A stretch of 64,000 nucleotides of DNA. Origin: an uncultured virus (IMG/VR IMGVR_UViG_3300020461_000002). Taxonomy: Duplodnaviria > Heunggongvirae > Uroviricota > Caudoviricetes. This document shows positions 38,301 through 47,032 of this stretch, piece after piece (position 1 is the first letter of the stretch; each line of letters begins with the position of its first letter). The DNA is taken from the IMG/VR virus record IMGVR_UViG_3300020461_000002; one strand, given 5' to 3'. Below the pieces are notes generated by a model, which did no database searches, had not been told where the DNA came from, and worked only from the letters and a program-made list of their open reading frames with translations. A program made the translations under genes and the position numbers.

Positions 38301-39484
38301 TATTTACTACATTTGAAGGTAATCCAGTAAGTGTAGCAAATACTGGATATGTCTTAATTGGGAATGAGGTTATTGCTTACACTGGATATGGATCTGATAC
38401 ATTAGAAAATATTACTAGAGGAGTTTCTGATTCTGTTATAAGAACTCATAAAACAGGTGAATCAATTTATAAGTATGAGTTAAATGGAATTTCCTTGACA
38501 AGAATCAATAAAACACATAACATGGCAGATAACACTGCTTCAGTATTTAATGGAAATACTATTGATTCGTACTATCTAACTATCGATAGAACTGGAAGAA
38601 CTAATGATGTTGATCAGTTAAGTTTTGCTGACGAAAGAGAAGTTGGTGGAGAAGATTGTGTATTTTCACAAAATATTCAATACAGCACTATTACTCCATT
38701 ATTTAATGTGTTTTCACCAGACGATACAAAAGTTAGTACACAGTTAAGATCTGTTACAGGTACTAGTGTTGCTGGAAATGAAGCTTCATTCTTAGATCTT
38801 GGATTTGAACCTATTGAATTAAATACACTTAATTCATTAAATTCCCCAAGATTACTTGCTTCTAATGTAAATGAGCAAAATCGTCTTGGTGATCTTCCAA
38901 ATAATAAATCACTTACGCTTGCTATCAAGTTGGAAAATGGTGGTGATGAATATATGTCCCCTGTTGTTGATCTTGAAGAACGAGCAACTATTGCTCTTGG
39001 TAGAAATAGATTGAACAAACCAATTAGTGATTATGTTAGTAATTCTGGTTCCAATCAGATTACAGGTGATCCACATTCTTCAGTATACATTTCTAAGAGA
39101 ATTAATATCCAGAATCCAGCATCTTCTCTGAAAGTATTGCTTTCTGCATATCGTGATGCTTCTTCCGATTTTAGAGTTTTATATAGATTATTTAAATCAG
39201 ACTCTACTGAAGTTGAACAATCATATATACCATTCCCTGGATATACAAATCTTCTTGATGTAGATGGTGATGGTTTTGGTGATCAAATTATTAATTCTTC
39301 TGATAATAATGGTCTTCCTGATAAATTTGTTAGAGCAAGTAAAGTTGATGAGTTTGTAAACTATCAATTTAGTGTTGATGATTTAGACCAATTTAATGGT
39401 TTCCAAATTAAAATAGTTATGAATGGCACTGATGAATCGAAACCAGTTAAAATGAAAGATTTGAGGGTTATAGCTCTTGCGTAA
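32381..39484 (+). CDS. Large virion structural protein (DUF4815/VrlC-like)
   Basis: NLN..PYYDDF..VLFKPG.PVQARELT; APGADR; RYTMRDIG; RFKSGFFVDDF; DPLAQTF; ends DLRVIALA. Confidence 0.85.
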   Translation: MPQKTNLNTNPYYDDFSQSKNFHKVLFKPGFPVQARELTTIQSILQNQIESFGNHFFKDGSIIIPGSLSYESRFYAVKLNPTYLGNDVSLYLSQLVGKEIRGEDSQVKAIVRFYLPAAQSDEGLETLYIGYRGGDSSNEFSPFVEGENLITNESITFGGTSIAAGDSFATTVDIDATAIGSACLINEGIYYIRGNFVRVDPDTLILDQYTNTPSYRVGLTITEEIITAKADDSLYDNAKGFSNYSAPGADRLKIGTTLSKKELTDYDDKNFVEILRVIDGEIKKIQDKVEYNTILDYLAQRTYEESGDYSITPFEITPENSLNDEIGSAGVYLESQTTDDGNEPSDDLLTYKISPGKAYVRGFDIKTQFSLIDSPKPRTTETSDLSSIPFEMGNLIKVNNVRGVPRTDLNTNNTIDLYSKRKLTNGTNDGSVIGKARVYSFNTSNIPYVDTSSEWDLYLYDIQTYTSIELNEPLTSSECPETSYIEGKSSAAFGYATADASSATILVSDTSGQFLVGEQVKINGNTEISRTVKSVTTYSTSDIKSVNQSAVVDSVNIFGWTNAFTADTVLDRVVPAKFTAADRLMVNGTVATCPGKTFDNIKIGSIIRFQEAGNNVETFNRISAISSNKKTLTLEGVATVANVCDGTTTSEAKEVAFALGVTKVKNEENAFLYAKLAHENVENVDLAKTNLVTYQQVAGKSTDANGVLTVTIADTGLTSGFFESFDVERYSVSYTDGTIIAPLKADQFTFNGDSTEVTISGLLDNKTNVVVNVTVKKAIVRNKVKKYQRSNKLVVSKTNSNAKILENGLTKNTYYGLRVEDKEISLNTIDAVKVLAIYESLDQSEAILDSLTFISSLNLDLAAIPGEKVRGLNSGAIAQVVSGTSADRIDIVHLNQFKFDLGETVVFEESGIQAILQALADGTYINRTANYRLDKGHKQQLLDYSRIVRTSGATPSRKLTIIFDKYQTPSNDTGDIYTVNSYGKERYTTDIPTLVDGTRCSDIIDIRPQLADFDPTSSYSPFSFKARTSNPATNTNNSILSPNENTLIGYSYYLPRIDKLVLHKSGVFKLVQGTAELEPKEPNLIEDGMHVATMSLPAYLYDPDDITVTLKDNRRYTMRDIGDIEDRVKNLEELTSLSLLELDTKTLQIQDADGLTRFKSGFFVDDFSSADMIDKDNPDVKSSIFKDEKSLSSKVDLFTVKTIAAPSTGTSLKTLSYDTDYTLFDENVQKSGEFATLAYEEEIWTNLTQPLATRSENVNPFAVVELEGNLTLTPKSDTWIRDVVLNRGKTRLEWGAPRTYLDKVLDTSTADTHMRSRNVQFYATGLFPLVNHFSFLDKNKSIDIIPKLLQISMVSGTFQVGETVEGFDGNNKIITFRVASQNHKKGPHNNPTTVYSSNPYSQNTDLPGYNSASTVLNVDIAALAQDAIGSNFGFVKKGMTLSGKTSKAEATVSDVKLITDNAGTAIGSFFIRDPNATPAPLVKIKTGTKVFKLSSSSLDEKELPSGYLLSEAEGQYSSSGTVRTFDSVTVTVRNPPPPPPPRRRRSDPLAQTFTTDSKGGFVKSVDIWMREKDTNINLTVEIRKVELGIPTNELCDEGARVELTPSQITTSTDANDASFTNVEFPAPIYLEPDTEYALVLLAPQSVNYLAWIARVGESTVTTSSLPNVESVIYSRQYTGGSLFKSQNGTVWTPSQFEDLKFRMNRCKFTSDSGTLFLYAPTLQESISSDDTNTYKTIEDPITTLPRKLIVGVNTSTTLSTVLQIGTKVGVGNSVTGLIENIGGQISSSNGLTITKAGSGYKTNTYTDVPLYSETGNGTGATATVLIAGDFNVDSITITNKGDGYVTGDVLGITTSAVGNTGSGAKITVADTTGVNTLYLTNVNGETFKPNASTPLVYYVGDTPVSMGSTFVQRSEVLNDYYQGNVIEVFDHGHAMHSSLNKVSLAGVFPTTTPVKIDADITSSSNQITVDNITVFTTFEGNPVSVANTGYVLIGNEVIAYTGYGSDTLENITRGVSDSVIRTHKTGESIYKYELNGISLTRINKTHNMADNTASVFNGNTIDSYYLTIDRTGRTNDVDQLSFADEREVGGEDCVFSQNIQYSTITPLFNVFSPDDTKVSTQLRSVTGTSVAGNEASFLDLGFEPIELNTLNSLNSPRLLASNVNEQNRLGDLPNNKSLTLAIKLENGGDEYMSPVVDLEERATIALGRNRLNKPISDYVSNSGSNQITGDPHSSVYISKRINIQNPASSLKVLLSAYRDASSDFRVLYRLFKSDSTEVEQSYIPFPGYTNLLDVDGDGFGDQIINSSDNNGLPDKFVRASKVDEFVNYQFSVDDLDQFNGFQIKIVMNGTDESKPVKMKDLRVIALA

Positions 39485-39677
39485 AATAAAAGTTGATGGG
39501 CATAGTAATTTATATCGCGACAAAGATACTGGAGCGATAATCAATTGTGATGCTGAAGAATATAATAATTACATAAAATCTAGAAATTCAAAGATGCTCC
39601 AAAAAAGGGAAATTCAAGATTTGAAAGGTGAGATTGATGAACTTAAAACTTTGTTGAAACGATTCTTAGATAAATAG
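39477..39677 (+). CDS. Conserved small coiled-coil hypothetical protein
   Basis: KVDGHSNLYRD..TGAIIN; TTG start overlapping the upstream stop. Confidence 0.75.
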   Translation: MRKIKVDGHSNLYRDKDTGAIINCDAEEYNNYIKSRNSKMLQKREIQDLKGEIDELKTLLKRFLDK

Positions 39678-39695
39678 TTAAAAAATAAGTGTCCA

Positions 39696-40034
39696 ATGTC
39701 TGCTGTTTATGTAAACAATTTGGTTATAAACATGGGAACGGACTTTGAGAGGTTCTTTACCCTATCTAATAATACTGGTAATGCGCTATTAGATCTTACG
39801 GGATACACTGGCATAGCGAAGATGGCAAAACATGCCAACTCTAAAAACAGAGTTGCATTTAATGTTTCTATCAGTGCTCCAACCGCTGGTATTTTGTCAA
39901 TTGCTTTATCGTCTGCACAAACTGCTGCTCTTTCAGAGGGTAGGTATGTTTATGACATTGTTATAGATGATGGTTTTAAAAAAACTAGGGTAATTGAAGG
40001 AATGGTACTTGTTAGGAGAGGAGTTTCAGTTTAA
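39696..40034 (+). CDS. Virion structural protein (Ig-like baseplate adaptor type)
   Basis: DLTGYT..G.L.IALS..QTAAL..GRYVYDI..TRVIEG; GATAAATA late promoter at 39669. Confidence 0.7.
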   Translation: MSAVYVNNLVINMGTDFERFFTLSNNTGNALLDLTGYTGIAKMAKHANSKNRVAFNVSISAPTAGILSIALSSAQTAALSEGRYVYDIVIDDGFKKTRVIEGMVLVRRGVSV

Positions 40035-40594
40035 TGACGTACATACCAGTTACAATTGGCGAACAGGATTCAATACAGGTAATTACGGCGTTTGGTGGTG
40101 GAGAAACACCAGCTCTATCACTTAGAGCAGTTGATCTTGTTGGTGGTATAACTTCCACTAGAGAACTTACAAATACAGGAGATTCTGAATTTGTAGGAAT
40201 TGCAACTTTTAGAGATTCTCTACTTGTAGAAAAAGATTTTAGCGTTGCGGGTGTATCAACATTTGTTGGTGACGTAACGTTTGGTGGTGGAACGATTGGA
40301 TTAGGTGATGCAGATACAGATAATGTTGTATTTTCTGCGAATGTAAATTCTAGTATTTTACCTAATACAGATAACACCTTTGATTTAGGATCCATCGTGG
40401 CACGATGGAGAGATATATATTTAAACGTTGGTGTTGGCAAAACCTATGGAATTGCATACTTTGGTGCTAATGCTCAACTAGTTTCAACAACAACTCCTTC
40501 AGCATTAGGAATAACAACATCATCTCTAATATTAACGGTAGATGATACTGGAGTTCCTGGTTGGAGTGATGGTATTGACGGAGGATTCTTCTAA
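40034..40594 (+). CDS. Virion structural / fibre-like protein
   Basis: VAGVSTFVG..LGDADTD..ILP..DNTFDLGS...RW; ends IDGGFF. Confidence 0.65.
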   Translation: MTYIPVTIGEQDSIQVITAFGGGETPALSLRAVDLVGGITSTRELTNTGDSEFVGIATFRDSLLVEKDFSVAGVSTFVGDVTFGGGTIGLGDADTDNVVFSANVNSSILPNTDNTFDLGSIVARWRDIYLNVGVGKTYGIAYFGANAQLVSTTTPSALGITTSSLILTVDDTGVPGWSDGIDGGFF

Positions 40595-41400
40595 TGGCAA
40601 AACCGACTACGAGAGGAGAATTAATTGATTATTGTTTAAGACAACTTGGAGCACCAATTCTTGAAATCAACGTTGCAGAGGAGCAGACAGATGATCTTCT
40701 AGATGATGCCTTGCAATATTTCCAAGAACGTCATTTTGATGGTGTTGAAAAAATGTATCTGAAATATCAGATTACACAAAGTGATATAGACAGAGCAAGA
40801 TCAAATACAGAAACAAATCGCACTGTAGGAATTACGACTTATACATTTCAGGAAGGTAATAACTACATAGAAATACCAGACAGTGTTATTGGTATTGAAA
40901 AAATTTTTAAGTTTGATTCTAATACTATATCTGGAAATATGTTTAGTATTAAGTATCAACTATTTTTGAATGATATGTATCAGTTCAATTCTGTTGATCT
41001 CTTAAATTATGTAATGACAAAATCATATCTAGAAGATATTGATCATATACTAACTCCAGATGTTCAAATAAGATTTAACAAAAGACAGAATAGACTGTAT
41101 CTAGATATAGATTGGGAAACTCAAACTCCAGATACATACATTGTTATCGAATGTTTTAGAATTTTAGATCCTTCCAATAATGCTGCTGTTTATAATGATA
41201 GTTTCTTAAAGAAGTATTTGACTGCACTAATAAAAAAACAGTGGGGTCAAAATCTAATTAAGTTTAAAGGAGTTAGACTTCCAGGTGGTATAGAATTTAA
41301 TGGCAGAGAAATATACGAAGATGGGCAAAGAGATTTGGATGAAATAATCCAAAAGATGTCTACCGATTACGAATTACCACCTTTCGATATGATAGGATAA
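40594..41400 (+). CDS. gp13: Neck protein gp13
   Basis: ELIDYCLRQLGAPILEINV; QWGQNL.KF.GV.LPGG. Confidence 0.92.
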   Translation: MAKPTTRGELIDYCLRQLGAPILEINVAEEQTDDLLDDALQYFQERHFDGVEKMYLKYQITQSDIDRARSNTETNRTVGITTYTFQEGNNYIEIPDSVIGIEKIFKFDSNTISGNMFSIKYQLFLNDMYQFNSVDLLNYVMTKSYLEDIDHILTPDVQIRFNKRQNRLYLDIDWETQTPDTYIVIECFRILDPSNNAAVYNDSFLKKYLTALIKKQWGQNLIKFKGVRLPGGIEFNGREIYEDGQRDLDEIIQKMSTDYELPPFDMIG

Positions 41401-41406
41401 AATATT

Positions 41407-42822
41407 ATGGCAACTAATCCGCTATTTCTTCACGGAACTTCTGACGAACAAAATCTAATTCAAGATTTAGTTAATGAGCAGATAAGAATGTTTGGGAGTG
41501 ATGTTTTTTATCTCCCCAGAAAAATAATTAATAAAGATACAATTTTAGGTGAGGTAGAATCTTCTAGTTTTGATAATAGATTTATCATTGAAATGTTTAT
41601 CGCCAGTGATGAAGGATATGGTGGTGCTGGTGATGTAATGACAAAATTTGGTTTAAACATAAAAGATGATATAACCTTCGTTGTTTCTAGAGAAAGATTT
41701 GAATTATTCATATCACCAATGTTACTAAGTGTTTATGGATCAAATGCCTCTTTGAGACCAAGGGAAGGCGATTTGATATATCTTCCCTTGGTAAGAAGAT
41801 TATTTGAAATTAAATTTGTCGAACATGAAAAACCTTTTTATCAATTGAAAAAGAATTATGTATATGAGTTGCAATGTGAACTCTATGAATATCAAGATGA
41901 AGAAATTGATACCAGTGATCAGAATATTGATGACATAGTTAAGGATGTGCCATATGTTGAAATGATATTGATGAACACAGATGCTGTTGGAGCAACTGGA
42001 CAAGCAGAGGCAGTCTTTATTGAAAATAATCCTGGATTTGTTAGACAAATTGTTTTAAACAATGATGGAAATGGATATAATACAACTCCAATCGTTAGTA
42101 TTGAACCATCTCCAGTTGGTTTAGCAACTGCTAACGCTACTGCTGTCGCTGTAACAAGAAAAGTTGGAGATGCAAAATCAATAGAAGAAATTTTAATAAC
42201 AAATACCGGTTATGGATATACAACGGTTCCAACTGTCACAATATCTGGAGGTGGAGGAGTTGGTGCAGCAGCAACAGCTGTCGTACAACAATCTGATAAT
42301 TGGATTAAGCAAATTGCAATCACAAACATTGGGTCTGGATATAGAACTCAACCAGCAGCACCGTTTATAACAGATCCAGATGTATCTGGAAATACTAAAC
42401 CATCTTTAGTTGCAATTACAACTGCAACTGGTGGAGGATCTATATTTGAAATTAGAATGCGTGATGCTGGTAGTGGTGGATATACAAACCAACCAGTAAT
42501 GACAATTAATGAACCATTTAGTTTGGTTGGTCTTGGAACTGCTGAATATAAACTTTCAGAAGTTGTAACGGGAGAAGTTTCTGGAGCAAATGCATTCGTT
42601 GCTTCCTGGGATATAAATAATATGCAACTAAGAGTATATTCTTCTACAGGAGATTTTTTACAAGGAGAAAATATTGTAGGTTCTGAAACTGGTGCCAAGT
42701 ACAATATAAATCTTATTGCAAAACATGCTGCATCAGAACCATATTCTAAAAATGATGAGATTGAACAGGCAGCAGACCTACTCATCGATTTTTCTGAAGA
42801 TAATCCATTCGGTACGTATTAA
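41407..42822 (+). CDS. gp14: Neck protein gp14 with GxGY-repeat insertion
   Basis: EQ.LIQDLV.EQI.MFG; RP.EGDLIY.P; FYQL; ends DFSEDNPFG. Confidence 0.9.
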   Translation: MATNPLFLHGTSDEQNLIQDLVNEQIRMFGSDVFYLPRKIINKDTILGEVESSSFDNRFIIEMFIASDEGYGGAGDVMTKFGLNIKDDITFVVSRERFELFISPMLLSVYGSNASLRPREGDLIYLPLVRRLFEIKFVEHEKPFYQLKKNYVYELQCELYEYQDEEIDTSDQNIDDIVKDVPYVEMILMNTDAVGATGQAEAVFIENNPGFVRQIVLNNDGNGYNTTPIVSIEPSPVGLATANATAVAVTRKVGDAKSIEEILITNTGYGYTTVPTVTISGGGGVGAAATAVVQQSDNWIKQIAITNIGSGYRTQPAAPFITDPDVSGNTKPSLVAITTATGGGSIFEIRMRDAGSGGYTNQPVMTINEPFSLVGLGTAEYKLSEVVTGEVSGANAFVASWDINNMQLRVYSSTGDFLQGENIVGSETGAKYNINLIAKHAASEPYSKNDEIEQAADLLIDFSEDNPFGTY

Positions 42823-43655
42823 TGTTAGGATCCTATTTTTATCATCAAATATTAAGAAAAACTATAATTGCATTTGGAACTATTTTTAATGATATTGAAG
42901 TATGTCATACCGACAGCTCAGGAAATGTTACTAGTAAAAACAGAGTTGCATTATCTTATGGTCCTGCACAAAAATTCTTAGCGAGAATAGAACAACAAAA
43001 AAATCTAGCAAAACCAGTTCAGATTACATTACCAAGAATGTCATTTGAACAGACTGGAATTTCTTATGATGCAACAAGAAAGTCTTCAGTAACTCAAACA
43101 TTCAAAGCATCAGATGGAAAAAAGGTTTTCATGCCTGTTCCTTACAATGTCGATTTTGAGTTAAATATTTTTACTAAACTGAATGATGATGCTCTTCAAA
43201 TAGTAGAACAAATATTGCCATATTTTCAACCATCTTTTTCAATAACTTTAGATCTAGTTGAATCTATTGGAGAAAAGAGAGACATACCAATTATTTTAAA
43301 CAATATTTCTTTCCAGGATGATTATGAAGGAGATTTTTCAACTAGAAGAGCACTAATATATACTTTAAACTTTACTGCAAAGACATATCTATTTGGTCCT
43401 ATTGCAAGTTCTGTTGATGGTCTTATTCGTAAGGTTAATGTTGATATGTATGGAAATACTAGTATTAAGACAGCAACAAGAGAGGTAAGATACACAGTAC
43501 AACCAGAACCTAAGAAAGATTACAATAACGATGGTGAGATTACTGTTGAAGATAGACCATTTATTCAACCTGGAGATGATTTTGGATTTAGTGAAGAAAC
43601 TACTTTCTTCCAGGATGGAAGAAACTTTAGTCCAACACAACAATCTGATATTTGA
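42822..43655 (+). CDS. gp15: Tail sheath stabilizer / terminator gp15
   Basis: YFYH..RK.IIAFG.IFN; LPRMSFE; QIVEQILPYFQP. Confidence 0.92.
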   Translation: MLGSYFYHQILRKTIIAFGTIFNDIEVCHTDSSGNVTSKNRVALSYGPAQKFLARIEQQKNLAKPVQITLPRMSFEQTGISYDATRKSSVTQTFKASDGKKVFMPVPYNVDFELNIFTKLNDDALQIVEQILPYFQPSFSITLDLVESIGEKRDIPIILNNISFQDDYEGDFSTRRALIYTLNFTAKTYLFGPIASSVDGLIRKVNVDMYGNTSIKTATREVRYTVQPEPKKDYNNDGEITVEDRPFIQPGDDFGFSEETTFFQDGRNFSPTQQSDI

Positions 43656-43657
43656 AC

Positions 43658-44080
43658 ATGAAAGATAATTATGATTCTATTGACCAAGCACTCGATATCG
43701 AGAGTAGTATTGTCGAGTCAACTCCTATTAAACCCACTCCGCCAAAGCAAGAGAAGGATGATGTAAAAAAAGATTATGAGTATACCCGTGCTAATTTATA
43801 TTCACTTATAGAAAAAGGTCAGGAAGCAATCAACGGCATCATGGAACTTGCAGGTGAAAGTGCAAGTCCTAGAGCATATGAAGTTGCTGGACAGTTAATA
43901 AAAAGTGTTGCTGATACAACAGATAAACTTGCTGATCTTCAAAAGAAGGTCAAAGATTTGGATGAAGATAGTAAGAAGAGTCCGACCAATGTTACAAATA
44001 ATGCTATGTTTGTTGGATCAACAGCAGACCTCCAAAAGATGTTAAAGCAGGGTTTTCTAAATAATAACGATAAGAAATAA
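43658..44080 (+). CDS. gp16: Terminase small subunit gp16
   Basis: DYEYTRANL..PRAYEVAGQL..FVGST.DL. Confidence 0.9.
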   Translation: MKDNYDSIDQALDIESSIVESTPIKPTPPKQEKDDVKKDYEYTRANLYSLIEKGQEAINGIMELAGESASPRAYEVAGQLIKSVADTTDKLADLQKKVKDLDEDSKKSPTNVTNNAMFVGSTADLQKMLKQGFLNNNDKK

Positions 44081-44088
44081 ATTATAAT

Positions 44089-45075
44089 ATGAACGAAGGA
44101 AACCTACACAAGTGGTTTAGTAAATCTAAATCTAAAGATGGTAAATCTGGATGGGTTAACGTCGTAACTGGCGGCACCTGTGCCAGCGATAAACCTGGTG
44201 AAGGAACTCCTAAGTGTGTATCATCTGCTAAAAGGGCAAGCATGTCCAAAGCAGAAAGATTATCTGCACAAAGAAGAAAGAAAAAAGCAGATCCTGGGCA
44301 ACAACAAAAATCAGGTGCTGCTAAACCAACATATGTATCAACCGACAAACCTAAGAAAAAAATGAAAGAAGAAACCATTATTGAAGCAGACAAGAAAGGT
44401 AAGGGTAGCGGTACAAAAGATGCTTGTTACAAGAAAGTAAAAGCAAGTGCTAAAGTATGGCCAAGTGCATATGCATCTGGTAGATTAGTTCAATGTCGTA
44501 AGAAAGGTGCGGCAAACTATGGAAAATCTAAAACAGAATCTTATGATTATTCTAATTGGAGAGATGAGTTCAAAGCATTGGAGATTGAAACTGTAAACTT
44601 AATTGAACCAGATCCCTTAGTTATAAATGGAGTTGCAAGAGTATCTGAGGAGGTCTTGTCACGGTCAAATAAAAGAAAAACATTTAGTCAATTTGTGGAG
44701 GGGTGCGAACTAAAATACTGCCCAAAGTGCAAAAAGATTGAAACCAGATCTGATTGTGCTTATGGTGGGTCTTATTGGGATAATAATGCTAAAGAAGTAA
44801 GTACTGGTGAAGATGGTTCTATGGAGGTTGCCGAAGACTGGCAAAAAAAGTCTGGCAAAAACCCTGAAGGAGGATTAAATGAAAAAGGCAGAAAGTCGTA
44901 TGAGCGCCAAAACCCAGGAAGCGATCTTAAGAGACCTTCAAAGAAAGTTGGCAACCCTCGTAGAAAGAGTTTTTGTGCGAGGATGAAAGGAATGAAGAAA
45001 AAGTTGACATCTAAAAAGACTGCATCTGATCCAGATTCTAGAATTAATAAATCATTAAGAGCTTGGAATTGTTGA
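44089..45075 (+). CDS. Basic modular hypothetical protein (probable head-internal polyprotein)
   Basis: Lys/Arg-rich Cys-containing modules (LHKWF..WVNV; DACYKKVK..WPSAYASG; KNPEGGLN..SFCARM); CTAAATA at 44057. Confidence 0.7.
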   Translation: MNEGNLHKWFSKSKSKDGKSGWVNVVTGGTCASDKPGEGTPKCVSSAKRASMSKAERLSAQRRKKKADPGQQQKSGAAKPTYVSTDKPKKKMKEETIIEADKKGKGSGTKDACYKKVKASAKVWPSAYASGRLVQCRKKGAANYGKSKTESYDYSNWRDEFKALEIETVNLIEPDPLVINGVARVSEEVLSRSNKRKTFSQFVEGCELKYCPKCKKIETRSDCAYGGSYWDNNAKEVSTGEDGSMEVAEDWQKKSGKNPEGGLNEKGRKSYERQNPGSDLKRPSKKVGNPRRKSFCARMKGMKKKLTSKKTASDPDSRINKSLRAWNC

Positions 45076-45083
45076 TTTGATTT

Positions 45084-46727
45084 ATGAGTGAAGTATATCT
45101 TGGTAATCCTAATCTAAAAAAAGCAAATACTGCGATCGAATTTACGCAGGAACAAATTATTGAGTTTCTAAAATGTAAAGAAGATCCAGTATATTTTGCT
45201 AATAATTATATAAAAATTGTTTCTCTTGATGAAGGATTAACTCAGTTCCATCCTTATCACTTTCAAGAAAAGTTAATCAATAATTTTCATAATAAAAGAT
45301 TTAATATATGTAAGATGCCACGACAGACTGGTAAATCCACTACAGTCGTATCTTACCTTTTGCATTATGCTGTCTTCAATGATAGTGTAAACATTGGCAT
45401 CCTGGCAAACAAAGCAGCAACCGCAAGAGAACTTCTTGGAAGATTACAAACTGCATATGAGAACTTACCAAAATGGATGCAACAGGGTATTATATCATGG
45501 AACAAAGGATCTCTGGAGTTAGAAAATGGCAGTAAGATATTGGCAGCTTCTACGTCTGCGAGTGCTGTCCGAGGTATGTCGTTTAACATCCTCTTTCTCG
45601 ACGAATTCGCGTTCGTCCCAAATCACGTTGCTGACTCGTTCTTTGCATCTGTTTATCCTACTATTACTTCTGGTAAAAGCACCAAAGTAATTATTGTATC
45701 TACCCCACATGGTATGAATCATTTCTACCGCATGTGGCATGATGCAGAAAAAGGAAAGAATGAGTATATACCAACTGATGTTCATTGGTCAGAAGTTCCT
45801 GGTAGAGATTCAAAGTGGAAAGAGACAACAATTGCAAACACTTCTGAAGCTCAATTTAAGGTCGAATTTGAATGTGAGTTCCTTGGTTCTGTCAACACAT
45901 TAATAAATCCCGCAAAACTTAGAACTTTAGTATATGATGATCCAGTAAAACGAAATGCAGGATTAGACATTTATGAAAATCCAATAGAAGAGCACAACTA
46001 CATGATATCAGTAGATGTTTCTCGTGGATTGGGAAATGATTACTCAGCATTCATTGTATTTGATATAACAGAGTTTCCCTATAGAGTAGTAGCAAAATAT
46101 AGAAATAATGAAATCAAACCTATGTTATTTCCAAATATCATATATGATGTTGCAAAGGCATATAATAATTCATGGATGTTGATTGAGATTAATGATATTG
46201 GTGATCAAGTAGCAAGTATTCTTCATTTTGATTTGGAGTATGAAAACATTCTTATGTGCTCTATGAGAGGACGTAATGGTCAAGTTGTTGGTTCTGGATT
46301 TAGTGGCAAAAAATCTCAACTTGGATTGAGAATGACTGCTGGAGTTAAAAAGTTGGGATGTTCTAATCTTAAAACTCTTCTTGAAGATGATAAACTTATA
46401 ACTAATGATTATGAAATTATATCTGAACTAACCACATTTGCTCAAAAAGGAAATTCTTTTGAAGCAGAAGATGGATGTAATGATGATTTGGCAATGTGTT
46501 TAGTTATTTTCTCTTGGTTAGTTGCACAAGATTATTTCAAAGAAATGACTGATAATGATGTACGTAAAAGGTTATATGAAGAAAAGAAAAATGAAATTGA
46601 ACAGGATATGGCACCGTTTGGATTTATCTCCGACGGATTTACTGATGAAGTTATTGTAGACGATGCTGGTGATCGTTGGCATACTGACGAGTATGGTGAC
46701 AGGTCATATATGTGGGAATATTACTAA
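45084..46727 (+). CDS. gp17: Terminase large subunit gp17
   Basis: Walker A PRQTGKST, Walker B LFLDEFAF, STPHG, nuclease VDVSRG..DDL. Confidence 0.97.
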   Translation: MSEVYLGNPNLKKANTAIEFTQEQIIEFLKCKEDPVYFANNYIKIVSLDEGLTQFHPYHFQEKLINNFHNKRFNICKMPRQTGKSTTVVSYLLHYAVFNDSVNIGILANKAATARELLGRLQTAYENLPKWMQQGIISWNKGSLELENGSKILAASTSASAVRGMSFNILFLDEFAFVPNHVADSFFASVYPTITSGKSTKVIIVSTPHGMNHFYRMWHDAEKGKNEYIPTDVHWSEVPGRDSKWKETTIANTSEAQFKVEFECEFLGSVNTLINPAKLRTLVYDDPVKRNAGLDIYENPIEEHNYMISVDVSRGLGNDYSAFIVFDITEFPYRVVAKYRNNEIKPMLFPNIIYDVAKAYNNSWMLIEINDIGDQVASILHFDLEYENILMCSMRGRNGQVVGSGFSGKKSQLGLRMTAGVKKLGCSNLKTLLEDDKLITNDYEIISELTTFAQKGNSFEAEDGCNDDLAMCLVIFSWLVAQDYFKEMTDNDVRKRLYEEKKNEIEQDMAPFGFISDGFTDEVIVDDAGDRWHTDEYGDRSYMWEYY

Positions 46728-46951
46728 TGGACTTTGAAGAGGGATTTGAATTAGAACATTTATTATTCACACAGAGAAAATGTACTACATGCAAACAAGT
46801 AAAAAGTTTGATGGAAGATTTTTATTTAACTAGAAAGACAAGAGGAAAATTGCCATCAGCATATTCTTATGAATGTAAGGAATGTACGATAAAAAGAGTC
46901 AGAGAGAAAAGAAAGGTTAAGCAAAAAGAGTGGGAATATCCTGATTGGTAA
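46727..46951 (+). CDS. Small zinc-ribbon protein
   Basis: CTTC..FY..YECKEC. Confidence 0.75.
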   Translation: MDFEEGFELEHLLFTQRKCTTCKQVKSLMEDFYLTRKTRGKLPSAYSYECKECTIKRVREKRKVKQKEWEYPDW

Positions 46952-47032
46952 CTGTTCGTGCATTGTTTCCCCTCTGAAAACATCCATAGTTCTAAATATT
47001 AGTAGATTAATTTGGATTTCGGAGAGAAAAAG

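Noticed and set aside
39064..39078. GDPH autoproteolysis motif near the C-terminus of the 2367-aa protein
   Set aside because: A four-residue match without vWD-domain context is likely chance.
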